Assembly: GCA_025786725.1 (NCBI GenBank) | Contig: JAHLTZ010000046.1 | Coordinates: 62,001-126,000, forward strand | Source of the DNA: Syncephalis fuscata S228 | Lineage: Eukaryota; Fungi; Zoopagomycota | Direction: 5' to 3' | Length of the DNA: 64,000 bases | Shown: positions 28,958 to 44,000 of the stretch, in pieces | Layout: each line of letters starts with the position of its first letter | How positions within the stretch are numbered: position 1 is the stretch's first letter | Notes under the pieces: model-generated | What the model saw: the letters and a program-made list of their open reading frames with translations, nothing else | Databases searched by the model: none | Told to the model about the DNA's origin: nothing | Position numbers and translations under genes: made by a program

Positions 28958-29764
28958 CAAATAAAAGCATCATTTAATATATATTCACCCTGTTCAATTG
29001 TTACATTTGTATTAAACAATTTATTGGCAACTATTATCATTTGGAGTCAAATGACTGGATTTCATAATATGTGCGCAGTTGAACTAAATAATTGTTCTAT
29101 TAAACATGGGGCGAATGATGATTTATTAATGATTAAATTATTACATTTATTGTTTGTTTAGTGATCAAATGACTATTTTAATAACATTCGGATTTATTGA
29201 ACATGAAACTAGGAGTAATTCACATCAGGGTCCAAAATACTCATTATTATAGATTTATTATACAGTATGCATATATTCAGTATACATATATATTTTATTC
29301 ATTTATATCACTTCCAATATGCCCTACACTATTATATATCATTTATAATATACTAAATGTATTTTATTTATTATATACACCAACACACTTTACGCAGTCC
29401 ACTCATTACTTTATACACACTATCACGTCAACATCGTTTTATATGCTTTCTCGCCGTACATTTATCATTTTATACGCCATTCTATAATTGCCTAGCCTTT
29501 CTCTATCCAAAGCTGCTTTTATTCTTGTTCTAGCTTTATCATTAACAAATGTCGACCAATTTGTTCATTAATTTGTAATATATATAGCATTCCAAATTAG
29601 ACAGCTACTAAAAAGTATTTATTTTGTATAACTATAAAATAAAGCATTATAATACAACGTGCGAGTATTTGCAAAAATAGCTACTCTTATTTTGGTTGTA
29701 AAATAGTTATATATAGTACAGTGGCAACACTGAATAAATTAATGTGGTATACTACACCAATAGC

Positions 29765-30121
29765 GTTAGCATTTATATTTAATCTAGCTAGAAATTCTTA
29801 CCGAATAGCGTAGGCCGCACAACAGCTATCTCGTTGATTTGGCTTGTATAAATATGCTCCAGATCTATTTCAAGTTAAATTCAGTATATTGGTTTGTTGC
29901 ATTCAGTCGAATCTACCTTCGCCAGCCACGATTAATAAACATTTGGTAGTCCTAAATAGTATTTGTATGAGTAATAAGCTTTGTTTGCTTGATATACCAA
30001 CTTTACAAGTGAGCTGGTGAGCCCAGACACCATACGAAGCCGAATTGTCTTCAGTCTTGCAGTATCCACAGTTAGAAATATTATCGCCAGTCGGCGTGAC
30101 CATTGATTCTTCTATGGACAT
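29765..30121 (-). pseudogene. Truncated ATE1 5' fragment (exons 1-3, ending in intron 3)
   Basis: Reverse complement matches 36824 to about 37180, including introns; no further ATE1 exons follow. Confidence 0.85.
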
Positions 30122-30298
30122 TGCAACGTTTCGGCAGTGAAATACTGTAAGACGATAGACAGAAAGGATGTGTACAAGTTGAATAACGAGTTAAAGTGGC
30201 AGTGACAGCAATGGCAATGAAGACGATCACTGGTTACATCAATAATTAATTAATTAACTATGGCTGGCCATTAATGTTCAATACTTTTTGATCCATGA

Positions 30299-32320
30299 TT
30301 AGTGAAAATACCAACGTAGCATACGTGGCCATGTATTTTGAAAAATCAATTGGAGTATTTCGTAACGAGCTAGTTCAAAGTCCTTAAGCGTTAATCGATT
30401 TTGTCGATAAGCATTTGTCAGGTCCCTGCGACATTCAAATGTAATATTGATTTCATTGCGTGATGATGGACTGATAAAGTCCTCATAAATTAAATTAATT
30501 TCTCTATCTAATATATCTTTTGTTTTTGCACTCATTGGTGGCCTTGTTGCTTCGTGTTCTTCTAATATTTCGTCAATTGAGCTAATCGAGCCACTGTGAG
30601 TATTGGCAGCAGATAATGAAGGTCTAACCGGATGGCTCGTGTTGTCACGAGGTGATAAGCTATTTTGAATAGATACTTTTGATAATTTAGTAAATGGCTG
30701 GCAATTAGCAATAAACATACCTTGCTGTAAGGGTCTACCGTGATTTCTATATATTGGATGATGCATAAGTTCACCATAGTATGGTATATAATTTTCGGCA
30801 CGATTATGAACCAAAATTTGGTCTAAAAAACGTAATCTTCGCAAAAATACCATATTTTCAATTGTGAATTCACGCATGGAATATTGGTACAACTGTACAA
30901 TTATTAGATTCAATTAAATAAAGTATGAGTACAATAATTGACTTACTGCTAGTTGTATTTCCCTATAATCTATTGTCTCCATAAACACTTCAAAGTCACT
31001 AATGTCGCCTGAGGTTCTATTTGATACTATATTTTTTACCGTTTTTTTAGCTTGATGTTGTTGTTTACGTAAAATACGCCGTTCATAATACAAATATCCC
31101 ATTGGCCAGGTAAAGGACATTATATGACTAAAGAATAGCAATATTTCAAGCAATATTTCTACAGGAAATGCTCTACGAGCTTTAATCCAGGCAGGACTAT
31201 CGATGTAGCGAATCAAAAAAAATGGAGTCATGCAAAGTATTCCTGCTAAATATTGAAAAATAAATTCGTTGCGAATACCATAGGCATCTGTTACATTCCA
31301 CACAATAATTCCAATAGCGGGAAAAATGATGCCGAAAAAAGCGCCAATCACAATGTTAAGAAAATCAAATGGCCATTTACTACCGCAGAAGAATAATGCT
31401 GGATGCATCTTAATTGAAAACAAAGGTTCCAGTAAAATGACCATAACAACATACATGGCAGTGAAAAATGTAATAACAAAAACTACATATACATGATATT
31501 GTGGCTGTAAAACTTGTATCCCTGCTATGTATTTTACAAAACGCTGAAATGGTGTAATTTTATCTTGCCACGCCAATTTCGATGGTCTTATGTTTCCATT
31601 TTGTGACTTATGGCGTCCAAGTAAAACGTCCCACCAAGGCCTACGTGGTCTAGGCCCTATTGTATTGGATAAAGGCAAAATCTCAATGGCCGTACTTGGA
31701 ACTGGTAACTCAGTATCATCACGAAACATTCTGGGTAATGCCAAAGGTGAATTATCTGTTTGTTTTGTGCAAATATTGCCAGCCTTTACAGTGCAGTTTC
31801 CAACTCCAAACCATGTTGCCCGTCTAGCATGTCGTCTTGCACGTGTGGCTAATTGCTCATCTGCTGATGTAGGTAGCGGTAACAGTTCTGGATTATATTC
31901 TCTCAATGCATCTAGTGAGCTGCGTCGAATTTCAGTTCTTCTTATTTGTTCTTTTTCAAATAAGTGTCGATTGATTTCATAAAGCCACATTAGTCGCCAA
32001 AATTTAAGGCTCAAACTTGTTGTCCAAAGGGCCAATCCAAGTGCTACCATTGAAAAAAAGACAGTGCAAGGATAAACAGGACGGTTCTGCAGTGCAACAA
32101 ACGTATTAGTTGTAATAATGGCGCTACCTAGCACATGAGTAACAGCCAGAAATCTACCACGATAACGTATTGCTTGTTCTTTTTGGGATAAAATTAAAAA
32201 AACAAGCAAATCTATAATAAATAGTCCATTGATCACTCCACATAGAGTATAAAAAAGTGGTGCATTGTCAAAGATCGTCCCACGAGGCGTATGGACCACA
32301 TGATTCACAGTTGCGCTCAT
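30299..32320 (-). CDS. 7TM-RGS protein copy 2 (most divergent extracellular face); intron 30893-30946
   Basis: Same architecture and 54-nt intron as copy 1. RGS motif REFTIENMVFL. Start MSATVNHVVHTPRG. Confidence 0.85.
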
Positions 32321-33128
32321 AAACACTGATTTTAGATAAATATATGACAAGAAGAAAGATATTAAATATTAAGTTGTTATTGGATCCAAGCAATATTGTT
32401 TATTTTGGATAATACATGAACATTTGTTGACGATAATTCACCCTGAAGTGTGTAAATTTGTTTTTCCAGGCCGAATCGCTATTCAAAAGGTTTCAAGGGC
32501 CGGTTATGTGCCCCTTCATTTTGGACCTCAAGACTTTGTAATGTGTTAAATGTGTTACACCAAAATATGCGAATATGAGGCATGTGGTATTGGCATATGG
32601 TCGCACAATGAACATGTTGGTATCATAAGTAATAAAATGTATTCATTGAAATGCTTTGGAATTTTTAACAAGTAACAACATAATGCTGTTCATATAATAT
32701 AATCTGAATAGCGTTTCAAAACGTTTTGATTATTGTTTTTAAATAGCTGGACTTGTACAAAGAGTTTATCGACTAAAAATAGCGCACAAGCCATGAGTCA
32801 TGTGATATGTAGTATGCAATGAATTCCGGTTTAGTACAATGTGTTATTCATGAACAAAGACCCTGCCCATTGACCTTTTACAGCATGCGTGTAAAATAAG
32901 ACGCATTATATGACAAAATATCATGCGATCACAAACCATGGATTTAAATAAAGACGGTTTAAGAACAAGAGTCTTAGAATAGCAAGCTACTTTACAATCC
33001 TTATTTCATCATTTCAGTGCACTACTTTCCAAACACCAGTCTCGTTGCTCTATACACCTGCTAAATCAACTCTTAGTTAATACTATTACGTTTAATAATT
33101 GAATCTTACACTTAATTACATTGCCAAA

Positions 33129-33764
33129 ATGCATTCTTCTTTCTTCATTGCTGTCATAGTTATCTTAGTCCAGATGACCAATCTTACTGGCTACATCTCG
33201 ACTACGGATGCAGCACCAACAACTATAACTATTCCCGATTATGGAATTTTAAATCTTCCTAACGGTGATAGATATTTATTTACAAAGCTCAACGATGCAC
33301 CCAACTTTGGCTTTAGTCAATGGGGCGCCATAACTAGCAATAATGGCCTACAGGAACTTCCAACGCCTGCTGTTCAACCACCAATTGACATTTCCAGCCA
33401 ACCAAACTCTGCCTCAACGATTCCTGATAATAAGCCACAAGAACCTTCTGCACCTGTGGCTCAGCAGCCAACCGACTCTCCCAACCAAGCAAAATTTGCT
33501 TCAATTCCTTCTGACAATACTGCTATTGACGCTCCACAAACAAATTCTACTGCAACACTAACAAACTTTGCCAAAGGTGCTTTAAATACAACTCGTGATG
33601 CTATTCGCAACAACGCCGGTATAATCGGCACTGCCGCTGGTACTGCCGTGGGTGCTGCTGTTACAGCTGGCACGAGTACATTTATAGGTCCCGGCGGTAT
33701 AGCTGCGGGTGCGGCAGCCGGGAAAATGACATCTGAAAAAATAAGAAATACGTTAAGCAAATGA
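33129..33764 (+). CDS. Secreted protein B, paralog of protein A with fewer repeats; TGA at a Cys position, homologous frame continues to 33803
   Basis: MHSSFFIAVIVILVQMTNL signal. Shares PDYGILN.PNG..YLFTKLNDAPNFGFSQWG and ALNTTR.AIRNNA with protein A. Confidence 0.75.
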   Translation: MHSSFFIAVIVILVQMTNLTGYISTTDAAPTTITIPDYGILNLPNGDRYLFTKLNDAPNFGFSQWGAITSNNGLQELPTPAVQPPIDISSQPNSASTIPDNKPQEPSAPVAQQPTDSPNQAKFASIPSDNTAIDAPQTNSTATLTNFAKGALNTTRDAIRNNAGIIGTAAGTAVGAAVTAGTSTFIGPGGIAAGAAAGKMTSEKIRNTLSK

Positions 33765-34627
33765 ACTCAGCAAGTGGCAACTGCAACCTGTCTTATTAAA
33801 TAAGCAGTGGTTTCGTAAATAAATATGTTTTATTATTTAATTTATTTACTTAAAAAAATAGCAATATAATATTTGAATAACTAGTGGATATTATAAAAAA
33901 GTAGATTTATTAAAGTAGTGTAATTATAAACCCTTCATAAATACTTGTTGATGCGGTTAATATTGTTAAAAAAGGCCATTATAAGAGTAAAACTGCTGGA
34001 AAATTTTAATGTATTTATGTAAAGCTGGTTTAAGTGGTATTATTTTATTTAATTACGGGACTACTATTAAATTAGTATATTAGATTCTAAATAAAGCAGT
34101 TTTAGCGATTGAGCTAAAAAATGGACCAATTAGTTAATTAAAAGTGTGGATTGTTGTTTTATAATATGCGTATAACAAACTATTTTAAATAGTAAAGCAT
34201 TAAAAAAGATAATAATAAATGGACTATATATATGGCCGGTAACATACGCAATGCCTGTTGAAATAAATGATAGCTACTAGTTTAATTATTAGGACGACAA
34301 ATACACCATAATTAAACAATATTTCAGTCAATGTTTACTAGTATAACTCCGATTAATGAAAGAGGTAGCAGCCATAACAGCATATTTTAGTGCAATATAG
34401 TTAACGTTTTGCAAGGTCTGACGACTCAACTATGAAAGGGCATATAATTGATTCTTAAACTTTTTAAATAGTAATTCGGTCTGGGGCAGCATATTTACGC
34501 ACTTCAGGGTGAACTGTTGTCAACAAATGTTTATGTGTTATTCAAAATAAACAATATTACTTGGATGCAATAACAACGTAATGTTTAATACCTTTCTTCT
34601 TGTCATTTAATTAATTAATCAGTTTTT

Positions 34628-36647
34628 ATGAGTACAACTGTGGGATTAATTCCCCAAGCGAGTTTTGGGACGTTCTTTGACAATGCACCACTTTTTTATA
34701 CTCTATGTGGAGTGATCAATGCAATATTTATTATAGATTTGCTCATTTTTTTAATTTTATCCCGAAAAGAACAAGCAATACGTTATCGCGGTAGATTTCT
34801 GGCTGTTATCCATGTGCTAGGCACCGTTATGCTTACAACTAATACATTTGTTGCAATACAGAATCGTAATGCTTATTCTTGCGCCGTCTTTTTTTCAATA
34901 TCTCTGTTGGGCTGGCTCTTTGGGCAACAAGCCAGGGTCTTAAATTTTGGCGACTAATGTGGCTTTATGAAATCAATCGACACTTATTTGAAAAAGAACA
35001 AATAAGAAGAACTGAAATTCGACGCAGCTCACTAGATGCATTGAGAGAATATAATCCAGAACTATTACCGCTACCTACATCAGCAGACGAGCAATTAGCC
35101 ACACGTGCAAGACGACATGCTAGACGGGCAACATGGTCTGGAGTTGGAAACTGCACTGTAAAGGCTGGCAATATTTGCACAAAACAAACAGATAATTCAC
35201 CTTTGGCATTACCCAGAATGTTTCGTGATGATACTGAGTTACCAGTTCCAAGTACGGCCATTGAGATTTTGCCTTTATCCAATACAATAGAGCCTAGACC
35301 ACGTAGGCCTTGGTGGGACGTTTTACTTGGACGCCATAAGTCACAAAATGGAGACATAAGACCATCGAAATTGGTGTGGCAAGATAAAATTACACCATTT
35401 CAGCGTTTTGTAAAATACATAGCAAAATCCAAATCTTGGAACCGCGATATCATGTATATGTAGTTTTTGTTATTACATTTTTCACTGCCATGTATGTTGT
35501 TATGGTCATTTTACTGGATCCTGTTTATTCGATCAAAACATATCCACAGCTGCCCATATGCTCTGGTAGTTGGTCATTTAAGCTGCCTAACATTGGAATT
35601 GGCGCCTTTTATGGCATAATTTTTCCCGCTATTGGAATTATTGTGTGGAATGTAACAGATGCCTATGGTATTCGCAACGAAATTATTTTTCAATATTTAA
35701 TAGGAGTTATTTGCATGGCTCCATTTTTTCTAATTCGCTATATCGATAGTCCTGCCTGGGTTATAGCTCGTACCAAATTCCCTTTTGAACTATTAATTGA
35801 AATATTGCTATTCTTTAGTCATATAATGTCCTTTACCTGGCCAATGGGATATTTATATTATGAACGGCGTATTTTACGTAAACAACAACATCAAGCTAAA
35901 AAAACGGTAGAAAATATAGTGTCGAATAGAACCTCAGGCGACATTAGTGACTTTGAAGTGTTTATGGAGACAATAGATTATAGGGAAATACAACTAGCAG
36001 TAAGTCAACTATTGTACTCATACTTTATTTAATTGAATCTAATAAATGTTCAGCTGCATCAGTATTCCATTCGTGATTTTACAAATGAAAATTTGTCGTT
36101 TTTGCGAAGATTGCGCTTTCTGGATCAAACGTTGATTCATAACCGTGACGAAAGTTACAGACCTTATTACAGTACACTTATGCATCATCCAATATATAGA
36201 AATCACGGTAGACCCTTACAGCAAGGTATGTTTATTGCTAATTGCCAGCCATCTACTAAATTATCAAAAGTATCTATTCAAAATAGCTTATCACCTCGTG
36301 ACAACACGAGCCATCCGGTTAGACCTTCATTATCTGCTGCCAATACTCACAGTGGCTCGATTAGCTCAATTGACGAAATATTAGAAGAACACGAAGCAAC
36401 AAGGCCACCAATGAGTGCAAAAACAAAAGATATATTAGATAGAGAAATTAATTTAATTTATGAGGACTTTATCAGTCCGTCATCACGCAATGAAATCAAT
36501 ATTACATTTGAATGTCGCAGGGACCTGACAAATGCTTATCGACAAAATCGATTAACGCTTAAGGACTTTGAACTAGCTCGTTACGAAATACTCCAATTGA
36601 TTTTTCAAAATACATGGCCACGTATGCTACGTTGGTATTTTCACTAA
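34628..36647 (+). CDS. 7TM-RGS protein copy 3; two apparent 1-nt deletions (about 34901 and 35427); intron 36000-36053
   Basis: Near-identical to copy 1 with patches matching copy 2; each frame break is repaired by one base. Confidence 0.8.
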
Positions 36648-36823
36648 TCATGGATCAAAAAGTATTGAACATTAATGGCCAGCCATAGTTAATTAATTAA
36701 TTATTGATGTAACCAGTGATCGTTTCATTGCCATTGCTGTCACTGCCACTTTAACTCGTTATTCAACTTGTACACATCCTTTCTGTCTATCGTCTTACAG
36801 TATTTCACTGCCGAAACGTTGCA

Positions 36824-38476
<1,653 letters not shown>

Positions 38477-38582
38477 TAATAGGCGTACACACACACACAA
38501 ATATATAAACAATTGGCACTTTATCATTTGTTTAAACATGGTGGCAATCGCCAATCAGCATATATCAGTCAGGTAGCCACAA

Positions 38583-40017
38583 CTATTCTTGACCTTCCGC
38601 CGGTGGAAATCCATCGTCCACTAATCATTAATGTATAGCAATGTTAATATTGATATATATATATATTCAGTAGCTATCTAATAAACTATTTACCTCGACG
38701 TCGATAAATGGTAATTTCTTGTTGTTTAAAATAGCGTCGGTTTTCTTCATCTACCAAGACTAAGTTTAGGAAATAACGAGCCGAGAAGCGTTTATTGACT
38801 TCACGGAAGGTTGGCGTCAATTCAAATCCTCCCAAGAACAAACGAATAGGAATTGTTTCACCTATATTTATAAACAGTAGTTAAACAGCTAATTAATATT
38901 AAGTAATATATGTATTATATAGATCTTGTACCTTTTACAGGTGCGCCATCCATAATTTCGAATTTAGTAATTGTTTCACTCTCATTGTATTGATTTGGAG
39001 CTGTGTAATAAATAACATTAAATAATAATAATTGTTAAAATACATCATCTAGTTTCTACAGCTATTTACCTGCACCGGCTGTTTCTCGACGTATAATAGC
39101 CAATTCCATATGTTTAATTTTAATTCTTACTAAAAGGAAATAAATCTTCCCCACAATAACATCCTTTAAGTGGTATCTAATAGACGATGTGGTCATTATT
39201 ATAGTGATAGCGCTATATCCATTATCCACTACTTACTTTGACTTGTTATACTCAAATTCGATATGCAAACAATCTTCAATGCCTACTTCCATTTTAATGG
39301 AGCTTGTGCCTTCAGCAGGCATTCGATACGAATAAACCCAAATATCCCGCTCTTTGATATCATCACCTAGTCGGCGGCCAATGCTAACACGAATAAAGTA
39401 CTAAAAACCAGTATTAAATTATCTAACTAAATCACTATTGATATTTGATAGATTACCGTAATTTAACATTAATGCCATGATAACTTTCGTATTGTTTTTC
39501 AACATTTTTGAATTCAAAATCGTATTTTGTTGTCTGTTTTAATTCTCCGGGTGTGGCCAATTCCTGTGATAATGACACAAATTCATATCGATTGCCACGA
39601 TCATAAAACATTTCTAATAGTTAAGTAGTTAATATCAATTACTATCATTGCACTACTAATAACAGTTAGTGACTTGCCAATAAACCAACAAATTCAACTT
39701 TAATGCCATTATGTTCAATTCGCCTTCCATCTCGTAATTTGACCGCTATCTTTAAAGATGTTAGAGGATATTTATTTTAATGGACATCCTATTACTATCG
39801 ACTTACTTGGCCTGATACCGTCTCGCCGTCTAGATACAACGGCATACTCTCTCGCTCGTCCTTGTCAACCTTAACATCGACATGTTTGCGCTTATCTTCT
39901 CCATCAAGCAATATATCTATCTCTGCGGCAGTACCAAACCGGAAGAAGCTCTAACGTGTGCCCAGTGTTAGCCGTGCTAGTTACAAACAGCATCGCTATC
40001 AACCAAATGATTACCAT
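38583..40017 (-). CDS. VPS26: Retromer subunit VPS26
   Basis: PLYLDGETVSG, IKMEVGIEDCLHIEFEYNKSK, FEIMDGAPVK, DEENRRYFKQQEITIYR across exons. Confidence 0.95.
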
Positions 40018-41003
40018 AGTGAAAGCGCTGTGGCCCAAGTAACTTGCTAACAACTCTGTGTTAAGAATGTACTAACGAGATGAACTAAGCACCAACCGAA
40101 CAACAAAGTAGAGAAAGAGTAGTGGGTGGAGTAGTGGTGGTGACAAGTAGTTGGCAAAAGGTAAAGTAGGATGGTGCTTAAATTGCTAGGGAAAAGGAAT
40201 AGGTGATCAAATATAGACTGACGTTATTATTACTATTCCATTTGGTCACTCATGGCTTTTCTCGTTTTGTTGTTATTATGTAGGCATATAGACACCACTG
40301 CAATCGTGTTTATTTCTACAGCACTTTGCATACTTACTTCGTCTTATCTTAAGATAAATGACGATGAATCCAGTGCACATTGAGGAAGCCGTATTTTGCG
40401 GCCAGATCAATCAAATAGATTAATATTTATTGATATGCTGACGCCGAACAGAAATCGGATACTTGATGAGGTGATAGTAAGCTATGTCAGTGTTGTAGGG
40501 ATATACATGTACAGCAGTGGCGCAGCTTTATTAATAGCACGCGACAAACGTCATTTACAGTTGATCTTGTAGGTTTAACAACGATTGCATTAGTGACGAC
40601 AGCAGTATATTGATAGCCAGACGTGAATTGTAGACCTTAGGGTCACTTTCTATATGATGGTCTATATGCAGTTTTCAATCGGAAACGCGCGTTGTTTGTA
40701 ATCACTTGTTATACTGTAATAGATATTCATAATCTATAAGGCGGTGATGATACCGAAGGCGAAGATGAAGACAGCCAACGACTAGCTCTAGCTAGTACGA
40801 TCTGTTATATAAATACGTATTATGATGGCGCGAGTTATCTTTTACGTATTCATATTTTTGTTGTTTATGAAATGCCTGCGTTCTGAGCCATTATTTTTTG
40901 ATGTTAATGTAGTAATAAATCGTTAAATCTTTATTTACCAACTTTCTGTTATTACATCACTACATATCGTTTCACTTGTTAACTATTGTCACAGACTTGT
41001 AAT

Positions 41004-44000
41004 ATGTCCGATATCAATGCTGTTGTTGCAGGTGAAGTAGCGTCACCCAAATATGACACTCATTTAGAAGAGAAAATGGCGCATCTCTTGGTAAAGAGTG
41101 ACGTTTTCAGTACGTTAGACTTTGACCTTTATGAACAACTCAACCTTCTCTTTCCCAATGGTAAATGCGCGCGTTATATTCATGTACACTGTAAATAATA
41201 AATAAAAAAACTAGCGGACTCTATCAATACAGCAAGTGAGGTATATGAACAGACAAAGACGCAATTCGACGAGGTTGACCGGGATTGGCGTGATTCATTG
41301 CGGTGTTTTCAAAGTACCAGCAATACAACAAGTGATACAGCCCTGGATCTAGTCTATCAACATATCAAGGTAGATTTGATATTATAAAAAACTAACATTA
41401 TTAATAACGTACAATAGGAATTGACGGCGCAAGTAGAGTCAATTTATAATAGTGCCGAACAATCAGAGACAACGGCATTAGAAATGACCAAAGATGTAAA
41501 GCAACTAGATACAGCCAAGAAGAATCTAACCGAAACCATGACTGTACTAAAAAGACTCCAAATGCTAGGTAGAATTAAACATTACTATTTGTAAATAATT
41601 ATTCTAATATAATCATTAATAGTAACTGCTACAAGTCAATTGGAGATATCAGTACAAGAGAAACAGCATTCTGAGACAGCACAGCTCTTAGAGGTAAATC
41701 AATCAATTAATAATAATTGTAATTATAATAATTATCATTATTATTTATAGGCTACATCACAATTACTTGCACAATTTGATAGATTCGCTAATGTGGAGCA
41801 ATTAGAAAGTATTCGACAAGAACACGAACAATTCCAGAGAAAGTTGTCCGATCAACTATTTCGTGAATTTACTGCATGGTACATAGATAGATAGATATAC
41901 ATATATATATATATATGTGTGTATATGTATATGAAGAATCTATACTAATAAGCAATATTTATATTTTATATATTATATATTAGTTTCCATGCCCAAGGTG
42001 TTTTAGTACAGACTAAATCAAATGTACAAGATATTTGTTTAATTGCTCAATCATTGGATAAAGTCTTTCGGTAAATATTGATATAATACTGCATCAACTA
42101 TTAATTAATTAATTGACGGTAATAGTGATCGTCTAATTCAATGGTATACCAAGATTCAGTTGCAAGAATATCGTAATATTTTCTGTGGTAATGAAGAAGT
42201 AAGTTGTATTTGTTATTTATGGTAGAATTGGTATTAATTGAAGGGTAAAAGGTTGCTTCATTAGAAGGTGTTCCACGCCGATATACTTGGTTAAAAAGAT
42301 TACTGAAGACGATTGAAGAAGAACATGGCGACTTATTCCCTGAATCATGGCATGTGGCACGTGGTGTAGCTTATGAATTTGCTAAAGTAACTCGGTTAGT
42401 AAATAACGTTATTAATTAAATAGTCCAACATTTAATATGATATAATATACAATAGACAAGACATGCAAGCAGTACTTGAAAGAGAGGCGGCAAATGATGT
42501 AGCAGCAATGTTAAAAGCATTACAATTAACTCTTGAATTTGAACAACAATTAAATAGAAAGTTTATGAATCAGGTAAGTTATATCGCTGAATTAGGCAAT
42601 TATTTAATTAAAGGCTATTGATTATAGGATAAATTACGAGAGGAATTAGTAGGAGAGACCAGTGAAGCACCTAATGATTCATCTGTAATTGAATTCACAG
42701 GCAGTATTTCAAAGGCATTTGAACCATTCCTTGGCTATTATATTGAATCAATTGATCGGTTAGTATCCAGTATTAACGAGTACTCATCTATTAATTAATA
42801 AATATATTAATAGATCATTGTCTGATCTTATGCAAGGCTATCTATCAGAATCAATTGCCGTTGAAGAAGGATCTGATACATTGGCACTTGCCTCAAGTAG
42901 CGACCTTGTCTACTTCTTTAAAGAGGCATTTGGTCAATGTGCAAAATTATCTACTGGTCGTCCATTAGTTGATCTGTCAAAATTGGCCGCTAAATGGCTT
43001 GCTATTTATGCCAATACAGTATTAAAGAGGAAATTACCACAGTAAGTTGAATGGTAGCTAGAATAATAGTCTAAACGATAGAAACGATGATAGAAACGAT
43101 CGGCGTTTATCAGGAAGTGGTAGTGGTGGACGTGATGCCCGAATTATTGCTTCTTATGTAGTTATTAATACGGCTGATTATTGTCAGACTACAGCAGAAC
43201 AGGTAGGTGAATAGTAATTAATTGTATTAGTATTAACTATAACGCTTAATAGTTGGAAGAAAAGTTCCGAGATAAAGTAGATACTCAATACTGTGATGAA
43301 ATCCATTTGTCAGAACAACGAGAACCATTGTTAAAGTAAGTTACTAACTATTACAATGATTTGCTATTAAACTATAATGATCTATTAGTATCATCATTAC
43401 AGCTGTTAAATCTATAGTACGAGAGGTAGAGATTGCTTGTGAGCCATCATTCCAACGTATGTTATTACTGCCATGGGGTACAATGTCACTGCGGGAAGAT
43501 GACCACTCTGAATATGCCACCGAATTATTACATATCATTAAAGGACAGGCCAAAATACTACGTAAACATTTAATGAATTATCGATTTTATAGATCATTTT
43601 GCGATCAATTTGCCGAGTAAGTAACTATTAGTATACAATTAATTATTTAATTAGTTAGTTAACAACTATAACTCTATACTACAATAGAACATTTATTCAA
43701 TTGTTAGACTTGTGGATTGGTAGAATTAAACGATTATCATCTATGGGTGCCAAACAAGTAAGTATTATTATTAAATACTATTGCATTATCATTAACAATA
43801 GTCTATTCTAGTTAATATCAGATCTGGCATTTCTACGCACTATGTTACTTGATCTGCCATCTCTTGGTGGTGATGCATCAAGCCAATCTAAAGGACCATC
43901 AATGACGTAATACAATGCAAATGTAACCGTTTATTAATATTATATTAACTATTCTATTGTCTATTAGATATACTAGAATAGTACAAGAAGGCATCAATAA

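Noticed and set aside
36000-36053. Apparent conserved in-frame TAA between the TM and RGS ORFs in all three copies, suggesting stop readthrough
   Set aside because: The stop lies inside a 54-nt GTAAGT..CTAAT..CAG intron; splicing restores a continuous RGS box.
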